Positions 18,212-28,054 of a stretch of DNA of 64,000 nt are shown one piece after another. The number at the start of each line of letters is the position of its first letter. The stretch's first letter is position 1. Location of the stretch: NCBI GenBank assembly GCA_022841705.1, contig JALHQZ010000005.1:33223-97222 (forward strand), read 5' to 3'. Under the pieces are notes generated by a model that was not told where the DNA came from, did not search any database, and worked only from the letters and a program-made list of their open reading frames with translations. This DNA is from Pirellulales bacterium (GTDB lineage: Bacteria > Planctomycetota > Planctomycetia > Pirellulales > Lacipirellulaceae). The position numbers and the translations under genes are program-made.

Positions 18212-19333
18212 ATGAGGCACATGCGTACAAATCGGCTGGCGTTCACGCTGGTGGAACTGTTGGTGGTGATCGCGATTATCGGCACGCTGGTGGCGCTGCT
18301 ACTGCCGGCGGTGCAATCCGCACGAGAGACGGCACGCAGCAATACCTGTCGGAACAATATCAAACAGTTCACCACCGCGCTCACCTTGTACGATACCAAC
18401 CAGAAAAAGCTGCCGGGCTACGTGAACTCGATCGTTGATTCTTCAAGTCCCAAGAACTCTTCCAATCAGCAGCCCACCGTCGGTCGGCGGGCCAGTTGGG
18501 TGGTGCTGACTTTCCCCTACATTGAAGAACCAGCGCTATTTGATCGGTGGTCGAAAAACTTCAACACGCCAATTGGCAACGCATCCGCTGATAACCAGGA
18601 CATGCCCGAGCTCTTGGGCGCCCAGTGCCCCAGCGACGCCCCCGATGGTCCGGGTACGCCGGCTCTCAGCTATGTCGTGAATGCCGGTCAGGCGATGCTT
18701 GATACCTCGCGGGGAAACAACAACACCCCGGCTGGCGCCATTGATGCGAATACCGAGTACATCGGTAACGGGGTCTTCTTCGATCTCAATCGCAATCCCA
18801 ACATCAACAACGGCCGCCTCGATCTCCGCGAAAACGCACCTGCTTTGCAGTCCTCGATCAACTACATCAGCTCGGCAGACGGCACCAGCAAGACGATGAT
18901 GGTTTCGGAGAACATCCACCCGCAAGCTTGGTCGTACTTGGGCGATACAGCCCAACAGCGCGATGCCAAACACCACTTCGGCTTCGTCTGGCACAACCAA
19001 GCCTCCGGAGCCGATGCCGCGATTCGAAAAATCAACGGCGCTAACCAAGCGGGCGCCGTTGATGGGACCGTCTTCTGGCCCACTAGTGGTTCAGCTCCCT
19101 TTGCCGATGGCGAATCGTATGGCTACCCTTCCAGCAACCATCCAGGGGGTGTGAACATGTCGTTCTGCGATAGTCATATCGTATTTCTCGCAGAGGATAT
19201 TGATCAGCGGGTCTACGCTCAATCGATGACTTCCAATCGCAAGCGGTCGAAGTACTTCGACGCCTCGATCTCCACCACGAATCCCAACGCGGCAGATCGT
19301 AACTTGCCGCAGCCTTCGGATGCGGACTTCTAG
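18212..19333 (+). CDS. DUF1559 / H-X9-DG protein with an N-terminal type-IV-pilin-like cleavage/methylation domain
   Basis: RLAFTLVELLVVIAIIGTLVALLLPAVQSARE is a prepilin N-methylation motif. SFCDSHIVFLAEDID is the C-terminal H-X9-DG motif. This family is heavily expanded in Planctomycetes. Confidence 0.85.
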   Translation: MRHMRTNRLAFTLVELLVVIAIIGTLVALLLPAVQSARETARSNTCRNNIKQFTTALTLYDTNQKKLPGYVNSIVDSSSPKNSSNQQPTVGRRASWVVLTFPYIEEPALFDRWSKNFNTPIGNASADNQDMPELLGAQCPSDAPDGPGTPALSYVVNAGQAMLDTSRGNNNTPAGAIDANTEYIGNGVFFDLNRNPNINNGRLDLRENAPALQSSINYISSADGTSKTMMVSENIHPQAWSYLGDTAQQRDAKHHFGFVWHNQASGADAAIRKINGANQAGAVDGTVFWPTSGSAPFADGESYGYPSSNHPGGVNMSFCDSHIVFLAEDIDQRVYAQSMTSNRKRSKYFDASISTTNPNAADRNLPQPSDADF

Positions 19334-19393
19334 GATTTTGCTTCGCAACAATCGCTTATCGGGCCGGCGCGATCACGCGCCGGCCCGTGTTAT

Positions 19394-20257
19394 TTGTGCT
19401 CTATGCAGTGGCCCGACTACGAACTCTTGGACTTCGGCGCTGGCCGCCGGCTGGAACGCTTCCGCCAAGTGGTGGTTGATCGCCCGTGCCCCGCCGCGGA
19501 TCATTCCCCGAAACAACGTGCCGCCATGTGGCGTGACGCGGCCGCGCGATATGACGGCGACCGCGCCGCCAGCGGTAAGTGGACCGGCGGCGGTTCCGTC
19601 GAGTGGCCCGACATCGATGTGCCGTTGAGTGAAAACCATCGATTTCGCTTGCGAGTTAGCGCTTCCCCCGCCGGACAGGTCGGCATCTTCCCCGAACAGT
19701 ACCCCAACTGGCGCTGGCTGTGCGAACGCCTCCAACGCTTCACCACGCCACTGAAAATCCTCAACCTCTTCGCCTACACCGGTGGCAGCACGCTCGCCTG
19801 CGCCGTTGCCGGCGCGGAGGTCACGCACGTCGACGCCTCGAAACCGTCGGTCGCCATCGCCCGGCAGAACGCGGAGCTCTCGGGCCTCGCCGCCGCGCCG
19901 ATCCGCTGGATTGTGGAAGACGCCCTGAAATACTGCGAGCGTGAAGTCCGCCGCGGCATGAAGTACGACGGCGTGATTCTCGACCCCCCCAGCTACGGCC
20001 ACGGCCCGAAAGGGGAAGAGTGGAGCGTCCACCGCGACCTGCCGAAGCTGCTGACCCTGTGCGGCCAGCTCACCGGCGGCGCCCCGCGATTGCTGCTGGC
20101 CACCTGCCATACGCCGGGCATTGGCCCCGCAGAACTGTCGGCCCTGGTGAGCGACGGTCTCTTCGGCTCCTGCCGCCAACCACCGACGACCGGCGAGTTG
20201 TTCCTTGCGACCGCGAGTGGCCGCAAGCTGCCGAGCGGCGTCTTCGCGCGGTTGTGA
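19394..20257 (+). CDS. class I SAM-dependent methyltransferase (RlmI/RlmK-like rRNA methyltransferase catalytic domain)
   Basis: LNLFAYTGGSTLACAVAGA (motif I) and VILDPPSYGHG (motif IV). The true start is probably MQWPDY at 19403. Confidence 0.7.
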   Translation: MCSMQWPDYELLDFGAGRRLERFRQVVVDRPCPAADHSPKQRAAMWRDAAARYDGDRAASGKWTGGGSVEWPDIDVPLSENHRFRLRVSASPAGQVGIFPEQYPNWRWLCERLQRFTTPLKILNLFAYTGGSTLACAVAGAEVTHVDASKPSVAIARQNAELSGLAAAPIRWIVEDALKYCEREVRRGMKYDGVILDPPSYGHGPKGEEWSVHRDLPKLLTLCGQLTGGAPRLLLATCHTPGIGPAELSALVSDGLFGSCRQPPTTGELFLATASGRKLPSGVFARL

Positions 20258-20631
20258 TTCGACGGCGGCTGCTTTTTTCCGTAGCATGGCCTCCTTGGCC
20301 GTGTGCGCTGAGGGCAACATGTCGCTAGACCTACCAACCTGAGTTCGGCTTACGTTTCTTGCGCTAAGCCGCAGCTTTGGAAGCCGAAAGGTTGACTTTG
20401 CCGAGAGCGACATTTGCCACAGGCGCCACATTGCCACACAAACCGCTAAAAAGCGCAAGCGATCAAGCCAGTGGGGGTATCTGTTTGCAATTGCTAATCT
20501 GAGCGTTGAACTCGGATGGCCGTCTTGATCAGTCACAACACGAGAATTGGCGACTTTGTCAGTCTGGGAACCAGAAAACAAGTAGGAAACTCGATTCCCT
20601 CTCCAGAACTCAGGTTAGCAGGCCAAGCTAC

Positions 20632-22332
20632 ATGCCCGAACCACGCTGCAACGTTGCCGATCGCCTGACCGCGCTCGCGGCTGCGCGGACGGAGTCGATT
20701 GCGGTGGTTGAAGCAAATCGGGGTGGGTATCGCACGATCACGTTCCGTGAATTGGAGCGAGACGCCACGCTGCTCGCGCGCGGGTTGGTGGCGATGGGCG
20801 TGAAGCCGGGCGACCGGATTGCCCTGCTCGTTCGACCGGGACTTGAGTTCGTGACGCTCGTCTTCGCGCTACTGCGCTCGGGCGCCACGTTGGTGCTGGT
20901 GGATGCGGGGCTCGGGCGGCAGAATATTTTGCGCTGTTTGGCCATGACCGAGCCGCAAGGCTTTGTGGCGATTCCGCTGGCGCATGCGCTGCGCATTGCC
21001 AGCCGCAAGTTTCCGTATGCGAAGCTGAATGTGACCGTTGGCCGGCGGTGGTTTTGGGGCGGGGAGACGCTCGACTCGCTGCGGAAGATAGGCGAACGCG
21101 CGAACGCCGAACTACCGCACACTTCGGCGGACGACCACGCGGCGATTGTCTTCACGTCCGGCAGCACCGGCCCGCCGAAGGGCGTTTTGTATCGGCACGA
21201 GACGTTCGCCACGCAGGCGGATGAGATTCAGCGGCAGTACGGCATCGAGCCCGGCGGCATCGATCTCGCGTGTTTTCCGCTGTTCGGGTTGTTCAACGTC
21301 TCGATGGGCGTCACCACCGTGCTGCCGGAGATGGATTTTAGTCGCCCCGCCGCCGCGGACCCAAAGAAACTGCTTCGGGCCGCCAACGATTGGAAAGTGA
21401 CGCAGGCCTTTGCGTCGCCGGCCGTGTGGCGTAACTTGAGCACCCACTGCGAACGGACCGGCGAACGCATCCCCACGTTGCAAAATGTCTTCAGTTGCGG
21501 CGCCCCCGTGCCGGCGAAGGTCATCCGCCGCACGCTCGCTTGTGTTCATCCCAAAGCAAAGCTTCACACGCCGTACGGCGCCACCGAAGCGCTGCCGGTC
21601 GCCACCATCGAAGCCCAAGAGATTCTCACCGAAACCGCCGCCAAGACCGACCAGGGCGCCGGCGTCTGCGTGGGCCGGAAGTTTGATTCCATCGAGTGGC
21701 GCGTGATCCGCATTCGGGACGATGCGATTGCGACGATGGATGAAGCGGAAGAGTTGCCGACGGGCGAGATTGGCGAGCTCATCGTCCGCGGGCCGCAGGT
21801 GAGCCGCACTTACCTTGGTGACTTCAACAAAGCAGCGAAGATCATCGATGGTGAAACCGTGTGGCACCGTGTCGGCGATGTCGGATACTTCGATGACCAG
21901 CAGCGGTTTTGGTACTGCGGGCGGAAGTCGCAGCGCGTGCGGCATGGCAACGGAGATTTATTCACAGAGAAGGTTGAGAATGTCTTTGCCGACATTCCAG
22001 GTGTAAACCGAGTAGCGTTGGTTGGGGTGCCCGTAAACAATTTGCAACGACCGGCGCTCATTTTTGAGTTGGCGCCATCATCTTCCGCCTCGAATGAGGA
22101 GGAAGTTTGGGAGTTGTGCCGAAGCATCAATCCCAACATTGAAAATGTTTGGTACGGTCAACACGAAATAAAAGGTCAAGAATCGTTTACTGACTGGCCG
22201 TACTTACTCATTCACCCGAAACTTCCCACCGACATCCGCCACAACTCGAAAATTCAGCGCGAGAAGTTGGCGGTGTGGGCGGAGAAACAACTCGCCAAGC
22301 GAAAAACGCGCTCCGCTGCGCGTCGCGGCTAA
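20632..22332 (+). CDS. fatty-acyl-AMP ligase (AMP-dependent synthetase, OleC-like)
   Basis: Start trimmed to MPEPRCNV. It has the adenylation motifs IVFTSGSTGPPKGV, YGATE and GDVGYFD...WYCGRKS. It sits immediately upstream of a 3beta-HSD-family reductase, the oleC-oleD arrangement. Confidence 0.7.
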   Translation: MPEPRCNVADRLTALAAARTESIAVVEANRGGYRTITFRELERDATLLARGLVAMGVKPGDRIALLVRPGLEFVTLVFALLRSGATLVLVDAGLGRQNILRCLAMTEPQGFVAIPLAHALRIASRKFPYAKLNVTVGRRWFWGGETLDSLRKIGERANAELPHTSADDHAAIVFTSGSTGPPKGVLYRHETFATQADEIQRQYGIEPGGIDLACFPLFGLFNVSMGVTTVLPEMDFSRPAAADPKKLLRAANDWKVTQAFASPAVWRNLSTHCERTGERIPTLQNVFSCGAPVPAKVIRRTLACVHPKAKLHTPYGATEALPVATIEAQEILTETAAKTDQGAGVCVGRKFDSIEWRVIRIRDDAIATMDEAEELPTGEIGELIVRGPQVSRTYLGDFNKAAKIIDGETVWHRVGDVGYFDDQQRFWYCGRKSQRVRHGNGDLFTEKVENVFADIPGVNRVALVGVPVNNLQRPALIFELAPSSSASNEEEVWELCRSINPNIENVWYGQHEIKGQESFTDWPYLLIHPKLPTDIRHNSKIQREKLAVWAEKQLAKRKTRSAARRG

Positions 22333-22342
22333 ACGGATACTT

Positions 22343-23380
22343 ATGAAATACTTGGTCACCGGTCCCGGTGGTTTTCTGGGGCGTTACATCGTCGAACAAC
22401 TAATCGCCCGCGGTGATGCGGTGCGCGGGCTCGCGCGCGGGAACTATCCGGAGCTGGCGGCGTTAGGGGTTGAACTGGTGCGGGGTGATCTCGCGGATCG
22501 CAAGACCGTCATGGCGGCTTGTGAAGGCATCGACTGCGTCTTCCATGTCGCGGGCCGGGTTGGAGTGTGGGGGAAGTGGAACGACTACGTGCGCGATAAC
22601 GTGCGCGGGACGCTCAACCTCCTCGCGGGTTGCCAGCAACAAGGCGTCGAGCGGATGGTGTTTACTTCCAGCCCGAGCGTCACCTTCACCGGCGAGGATC
22701 AGTGCAACGTCGCTGAGTCGGCGCCGTACGCCACTAAGTGGCTGGCGCACTATCCGCACTCGAAGGCGCTCGCCGAGCAGTTCGTGCTGGCGATGAATGG
22801 CGAAGAGGTTCATGGCGGCGGCGTATTCCGCTGCTGCTCGCTCCGGCCGCACTTGGTGTGGGGGCCGAGGGATCATCACCTCACCGCGCGGCTGGTGCAG
22901 CGGGCGAAGTCGGGCCAACTGCGGCGCGTCGGCGAGGGGAAAAACTTGGTGGACATGATCTACGTCGAGAACGCGGCGACCGCGCACCTGCAAGCGGCCG
23001 ATGCGCTCGCCGTCGCGCCCTACGCGCCGGCAGGTAAGGCGTACTTCATCAGCCAAGGCGCCCCGGTGAACTGCTGGCAATGGATCGACGAGATTCTCGC
23101 CCTGGTCAACCTGCCGCCGGTCACCAAAAGCATCTCGGCCTCGAGCGCTTACCGGGTCGGCGCCGCCTTGGAGTGGGCCCACCGGCTGACCCGCAACCGC
23201 ACCGAACCCCGGATGACCCGCTTCGTCGCCCGGCAACTGGCGACCAGCCATTATTTCAACATCGCCGCCGCGAAGCGCGATTTCGGGTATGAACCCAAGG
23301 TCCCAACGGCCGAGGGGATGCGGCGGTTGGGTGAATGGCTGAATTCAAATGCGGAAGGCGGAATGCGGAATGCGGAATAA
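22343..23380 (+). CDS. NAD(P)-dependent 3beta-hydroxysteroid dehydrogenase/isomerase-family reductase (OleD-like)
   Basis: MKYLVTGPGGFLGRYIV (Rossmann fold) and a YxxxK-type SDR-extended fold. It follows the acyl-AMP ligase 10 bp downstream. The C-terminal 10 codons are encoded by a GCGGAAT tandem repeat. Confidence 0.7.
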   Translation: MKYLVTGPGGFLGRYIVEQLIARGDAVRGLARGNYPELAALGVELVRGDLADRKTVMAACEGIDCVFHVAGRVGVWGKWNDYVRDNVRGTLNLLAGCQQQGVERMVFTSSPSVTFTGEDQCNVAESAPYATKWLAHYPHSKALAEQFVLAMNGEEVHGGGVFRCCSLRPHLVWGPRDHHLTARLVQRAKSGQLRRVGEGKNLVDMIYVENAATAHLQAADALAVAPYAPAGKAYFISQGAPVNCWQWIDEILALVNLPPVTKSISASSAYRVGAALEWAHRLTRNRTEPRMTRFVARQLATSHYFNIAAAKRDFGYEPKVPTAEGMRRLGEWLNSNAEGGMRNAE

Positions 23381-23537
23381 GATCAGCGAGCCGGCTCATC
23401 TTCTCGATTGTGAGGGGCGCAAGTACAATCCTGGATTCGGTTTACGCCGAAACACGGCGGCCCCACTCAGGATTACTGGCGGCCGGCTAGCAACGCAATT
23501 CCGCATTCCGCATTCCGCACTCCGACATCCGCATTCG
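23349..23537. repeat. ~190-bp intergenic element: (GCGGAAT)n tandem heptamers at the left end and (ATTCCGC)n at the right end, flanking a ~115-bp core
   Basis: The left arm is AATGCGGAAGGCGGAATGCGGAATGCGGAAT, which also encodes the last 10 aa of the upstream reductase. The right arm is ATTCCGCATTCCGCATTCCGCACTCCGACATCCGCATTC and ends 2 bp before the aspS ATG. Confidence 0.8.
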
Positions 23538-23539
23538 CT

Positions 23540-25312
23540 ATGCTTCGCACTCATACTTGTGGTGAACTTCGCTCTTCGCACGCTGGTGGCGTGGTCACGT
23601 TATGCGGGTGGGTCGATAGCTACCGCGACCACGGCGGCGGGCTGTTCGTCGACCTGCGCGACCGCTACGGCATCACCCAAGTGGTCTTCAACCCGCCCGA
23701 CTCGTCGGCGGAACTAATCGAGCAATCGAAGCAACTCCGGGCCGAGTACGTGATTCAGGTCACCGGCAACGTCGCCCTGCGGCCCGAGGGGATGGCGAAC
23801 CCGCGGCTTTCCAGCGGCGAGATTGAACTGCGGGCCACGAGCCTCAAGCTGCTGAACAAATCGCTCACGCCACCGGTCTCGCCGAGTGAAAGCATCACCG
23901 AACTGCCGAGCGAAGAGTTGCGGCTGAAGTACCGCTATCTCGACCTGCGACGGCAGAAGATGCAGAAGGCGCTGCTCTTGCGCGACAAGCTCATTAAGCT
24001 GATGCGGGACTACTTCGCCGAGCTCGATTTTATTGATGTCGAAACGCCGATCCTTGGCCGTAGCACGCCGGAAGGCGCCCGCGATTACTTGGTGCCGAGC
24101 CGCGTCCACCATGGGCACTTCTACGCGCTGCCTCAATCGCCACAGCTCTACAAACAGATTTTGATGATGGCGGGCTACGACCGCTACGTGCAGGTGGCCC
24201 GCTGCTTCCGCGACGAGGACCTGCGGGCGGACCGCCAACCGGAGTTCACGCAGCTCGACGTCGAGATGGCGTTCATCGACCACGAAGACATTATGGGCAT
24301 CATCGATGGGCTAGTGGTTAAACTTGCGAAGGAAGTTCACAACCTTGACGTCAAGTTACCGCTGCCGCGGATGACGTACGACGAAGCGATGCGCCGCTTT
24401 GGCCACGATGCGCCCGACCTGCGGTTCGGGCTCGAGATCGTCGACTGCACCGACCTCGCCGCGAAGAGCGAGTTCCGCGTCTTTCAAACGGTGGCCCAAA
24501 GCGGCGGCTTCGTCCGGGCGATCAACGTCAAGAAAGGGACCGACACCTACAGCCGCCGCGGGATTGATAGCCTCACGGAGTTCGTCGCCAACTACGGCGC
24601 CAAGGGCCTCGCGTGGTTCCGCTGCGAAGAGGACGGTACGCTTGGCAGCACCATCGCCAAAAACTTCACACCCGAAACACTGAAGGAATTCGCCACGCGG
24701 CTGAACGCCGAACCGGGCGACCTAATTCTGTTCTCCGCCGACAAGTGGCCCGTCACCTGCAAAGTGCTGCACGCGCTGCGCACGAAAATCGGCGCCGAGA
24801 TGAAACTGTACGACCCGGCCGCGATGAATTTTTCGTGGATCGTAGAGTTCCCCATGTTCGAGCACGACGCGGAAGAAGGCCGGTGGGTCGCCATGCACCA
24901 TCCCTTCACGGCGCCTCTCGATGAGCACCTGCAGTACCTCGACACCGACCCCGGCCGTTGCCGGGCAAAGGCGTACGACCTAGTGATCAACGGCTACGAA
25001 GCGGGCGGCGGCACCATCCGGATTCACGACAATGTGGTGCAATCAAAAGTCTTTGGCCTGTTGGGTCTCTCTGCCGAGGTGGCCAAAGACCGCTTCGGTT
25101 TTCTGCTCGACGCGTTGCAGTACGGCGCCCCCCCGCACGGCGGCATCGCGCTCGGCATCGACCGCGTGGTGATGCTCTTCGGCGGCCTCGACAACATCCG
25201 CGACGTGATCGCCTTCCCCAAAACCCAGAAAGCAACCGACCTGATGACCGAAGCCCCCGGCACGGTCGACGCGAAGCAGTTGCGCGAGCTGGGCGTTAAA
25301 GTGGTGGAGTAA
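23540..25312 (+). CDS. aspS: aspartate--tRNA ligase
   Basis: 590 aa with an OB anticodon-binding domain, class II motifs (FRDEDLRADRQPEFTQLD, GGGTIRIH, GIALGIDR) and the GAD insertion domain. Confidence 0.9.
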   Translation: MLRTHTCGELRSSHAGGVVTLCGWVDSYRDHGGGLFVDLRDRYGITQVVFNPPDSSAELIEQSKQLRAEYVIQVTGNVALRPEGMANPRLSSGEIELRATSLKLLNKSLTPPVSPSESITELPSEELRLKYRYLDLRRQKMQKALLLRDKLIKLMRDYFAELDFIDVETPILGRSTPEGARDYLVPSRVHHGHFYALPQSPQLYKQILMMAGYDRYVQVARCFRDEDLRADRQPEFTQLDVEMAFIDHEDIMGIIDGLVVKLAKEVHNLDVKLPLPRMTYDEAMRRFGHDAPDLRFGLEIVDCTDLAAKSEFRVFQTVAQSGGFVRAINVKKGTDTYSRRGIDSLTEFVANYGAKGLAWFRCEEDGTLGSTIAKNFTPETLKEFATRLNAEPGDLILFSADKWPVTCKVLHALRTKIGAEMKLYDPAAMNFSWIVEFPMFEHDAEEGRWVAMHHPFTAPLDEHLQYLDTDPGRCRAKAYDLVINGYEAGGGTIRIHDNVVQSKVFGLLGLSAEVAKDRFGFLLDALQYGAPPHGGIALGIDRVVMLFGGLDNIRDVIAFPKTQKATDLMTEAPGTVDAKQLRELGVKVVE

Positions 25313-25479
25313 CGTTAGCCGCGAGGCGATAGCGGAGCGCGTTTCGGGGTCGTCGTCCGAAAATCCCCCCATTTTCTCCATAGCCCTCAACCGCCACTTG
25401 CGGCTATACTCACCCCCACTCACATGGCCGGGTTTTCACGACTTCTGCTGAAAACAGCCCGAGTTTCTGGGGATGAGAC

Positions 25480-26469
25480 ATGCCAGCCGTAATCGACGAA
25501 GAAACCCAAGCCCTTATCGACGGCCCCATCGCCGAGCCCGTTCTCAAGCGGCACGCGATCGAAACGCATGCCCTGCCGCGGCCTGAGACGACCGTTGCGC
25601 CGGTTGCCGTGCGCTGGAAGTACGCCATCGGCATCCCGCTGATTCACCTGCTCGCATGTTTGGCGTTCGTGCCGTACTTCTTCAGTTGGACCGGCGTGGT
25701 GTGCGCGGTGCTGGGGTTTTATGTGTTTGGCACGCTCGGCATCAACTTATGTTATCACCGTCTGCTGACGCATCAGGGACTCACGCTGCCGAAGTGGCTC
25801 GAGCATACCTTCGCGGTGCTCGGGGTCTGCTGCCTACAAGACACGCCGGCGTGCTGGATCGCCATGCACCGAATCCATCATAAGCATTCGGACGAACAGC
25901 CCGACCCGCATAGCCCGCTGGTGAATTTCTTCTGGGGGCATTTTGGCTGGCTGATGGTTCACAATCGCGAGTTCCTCAACGTCAATTACTACCAGCGCTT
26001 CACGCGCGATATTCTCCGCGATCCGTTTTACATGACACTCGAACGCCGCGGCGTGTGGTTAAGGATTTACCTCGCCAGCATGTTGGTCTTCTTCCTCGCG
26101 GGCCTGGCCATCGGTTGGCCGCTGACCGGTTCGTACTGGACCGGCGTGCAGTTTGGGCTAAGCCTGCTGGTGTGGGGCGTGTTTGTCCGCACGGTGCTGG
26201 TGTGGCACATCACTTGGAGTGTGAATTCCATCACCCACATCTGGGGCTACCGCAATTACGAAACCACCGACAGCAGCCGAAATAACTGGCTGGTGGGCCT
26301 ATGGTCGAACGGCGAAGGGTGGCACAACAACCACCACGCCGACCAACGCGCCGCCGCCCACGGGCACACTTGGTGGGAGTTCGATGTGACGTGGATCACC
26401 ATCCGGGCACTCGAAAAACTCGGCCTCGCGACCGATGTGGTGCGTCCTCGCGCGTGGAAAAAGACGTAA
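25480..26469 (+). CDS. acyl-CoA (stearoyl-CoA delta-9-type) fatty acid desaturase
   Basis: Histidine boxes HRLLTH, HRIHHKHSD and HNNHH, with four TM segments. Confidence 0.85.
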   Translation: MPAVIDEETQALIDGPIAEPVLKRHAIETHALPRPETTVAPVAVRWKYAIGIPLIHLLACLAFVPYFFSWTGVVCAVLGFYVFGTLGINLCYHRLLTHQGLTLPKWLEHTFAVLGVCCLQDTPACWIAMHRIHHKHSDEQPDPHSPLVNFFWGHFGWLMVHNREFLNVNYYQRFTRDILRDPFYMTLERRGVWLRIYLASMLVFFLAGLAIGWPLTGSYWTGVQFGLSLLVWGVFVRTVLVWHITWSVNSITHIWGYRNYETTDSSRNNWLVGLWSNGEGWHNNHHADQRAAAHGHTWWEFDVTWITIRALEKLGLATDVVRPRAWKKT

Positions 26470-26493
26470 TCTCGATGGGTGCCACTGTCCGGT

Positions 26494-27429
26494 TTATAGC
26501 TTTCCGCCGTTCGGAACCGTCACTTTTGGCGCTCCGGGGCCATCGAGTTTTTCAAGTTCACCGAGCGGATCAGCGTTCAGGCGCAGAAACTTGAAGCCCA
26601 CCAGCCGCGGCTTGCGAGCGGCGTCCCGCTCGGCGTGATCCGTCTTCATTCGGGCGATGTACGCCGCTAGCGGTTCTTCGCGCACCTTGGGTTCGCTGGA
26701 ATGGATCATGGTGAGCGTGCCATCCTCAGCGCGGCCAATTAAGCCGACATGCCCGACGAACGCCCCCGCCGGCGGCTTGGTGGGGTCGAGCACCACGCCG
26801 CGGACCACATTCACGAAATCACCCGGCTGCAAAGCGGCGTCCGCTCGCGCCAGCTCATCCATCGGCAAATAAATGTCGTCCCATTTCTGCACCGGAATCT
26901 TGGCTTCGATTTTGTACCGATTGCGAAAGAACGCCGCCCGATCGATCGGCTGCGAGAACTTCATCGCTGCATCACCGGCAACCTCCGAAGTGATGTCCGT
27001 CACCAGCCAGCGATTGGAAATGTTCCAATCCGCTTCGGTGTAATGGTTGCGCGTGAGGACGCCGATTTGTCCATCGCGGTAGCGAATGCGCTGCAACAGC
27101 GCCATGAACCGCGGCCAACTGTCGGCCAGCGCCATCGCGTAGGTATGTTCGGCGAACACCACGCAATCGCTTTTGCCCAAGCAGTACAGCGGCTGCGGGT
27201 CGTAAGTTTCAAACGGCGCTTCGCCGAGCAAATACAACTCGTACGGCTGCCCCAAATTGCGGCGGGCGATTCGTACGACCCGCTTGCGCAAATCTGGCTC
27301 AGAGCTGTGGAGCTCGGCCAGGAATGCGCCCACCTCCGCTTCCGTGCATTGATAGAGCGGCTTCTCGGCGCCCACGCACTGTGCGCTCAGCGCGAAGAGT
27401 AAAAGCCAACAGCAGTAGCGATAAAGCAT
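26494..27429 (-). CDS. hypothetical secreted protein
   Basis: Start trimmed to MLYRYCCWLLLFALSAQCVGA (signal peptide) in a 311-aa globular protein. I recognise no family with confidence (possibly DUF1460-like). Confidence 0.5.
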   Translation of the reverse strand: MLYRYCCWLLLFALSAQCVGAEKPLYQCTEAEVGAFLAELHSSEPDLRKRVVRIARRNLGQPYELYLLGEAPFETYDPQPLYCLGKSDCVVFAEHTYAMALADSWPRFMALLQRIRYRDGQIGVLTRNHYTEADWNISNRWLVTDITSEVAGDAAMKFSQPIDRAAFFRNRYKIEAKIPVQKWDDIYLPMDELARADAALQPGDFVNVVRGVVLDPTKPPAGAFVGHVGLIGRAEDGTLTMIHSSEPKVREEPLAAYIARMKTDHAERDAARKPRLVGFKFLRLNADPLGELEKLDGPGAPKVTVPNGGKL

Positions 27430-27454
27430 GACGGGTGATCTCTCGAATTGAAAA

Positions 27455-27940
27455 TTAGCGGTGATTCCAACACCAACTGAACAGCGTCTCCCACTCCGCC
27501 TGCTGCCAATCGAGGCAGCGCTCGAGGTCTCGACCCGTGCGCACGGCGGTTTGGCAATCATCAACAAAGCGGTACGGGTCGAACTCAACACCCAAACGCT
27601 GCGACAGTTCATCGTACACCGGATGTGGCCCCGCTTGGCGGAACCAGTACTTGGCGTTGCCGAAGTCCCCCTCGCGCCGGTGCATGATGCCGTGCCACAA
27701 ACTTCCCTCGGCGGTGTGAATCTCCTGGCTCACCACATGCGAAGCGTCAAGATCATCCACCAACAGCCACAATCCCGCCGCACAACATCGCGCGCAATCG
27801 CTGCTCCCCAAACTTTTCACGGCGCCGGCAATTCGAGCCCGGTCCGGGGTTTGCGCCTTAGCGCCCTCGAGCCCCCGCCGGCGATCCCCGCTGAGAACCG
27901 GCGCCAACTCAGTTCCAAACGACTGCGGATCAAAACTCAT
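27455..27940 (-). CDS. hypothetical protein
   Basis: 161 aa ORF 25 bp upstream of and co-directional with the previous gene. I recognise no motif. Confidence 0.4.
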   Translation of the reverse strand: MSFDPQSFGTELAPVLSGDRRRGLEGAKAQTPDRARIAGAVKSLGSSDCARCCAAGLWLLVDDLDASHVVSQEIHTAEGSLWHGIMHRREGDFGNAKYWFRQAGPHPVYDELSQRLGVEFDPYRFVDDCQTAVRTGRDLERCLDWQQAEWETLFSWCWNHR

Positions 27941-28054
27941 GGCTTAACCAGCGATTCCTACGGCTCGAAGGGCAAACTACAATGAGCACACTCAGCTCGG
28001 CCACCTGCCCGATTGTACGAACCTTTCGCTTCTAATGGAAACAAGTCGCCCGCA

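Noticed and set aside
9518-26482. Identical 16-mer GGGTGCCACTGTCCGG at 9518-9533 and at 26467-26482, overlapping the desaturase stop
   Set aside because: The second site has only the half-site and no inverted partner. One chance 16-mer identity is roughly expected in 64 kb of GC-biased sequence. I do not count it as a repeat family member.
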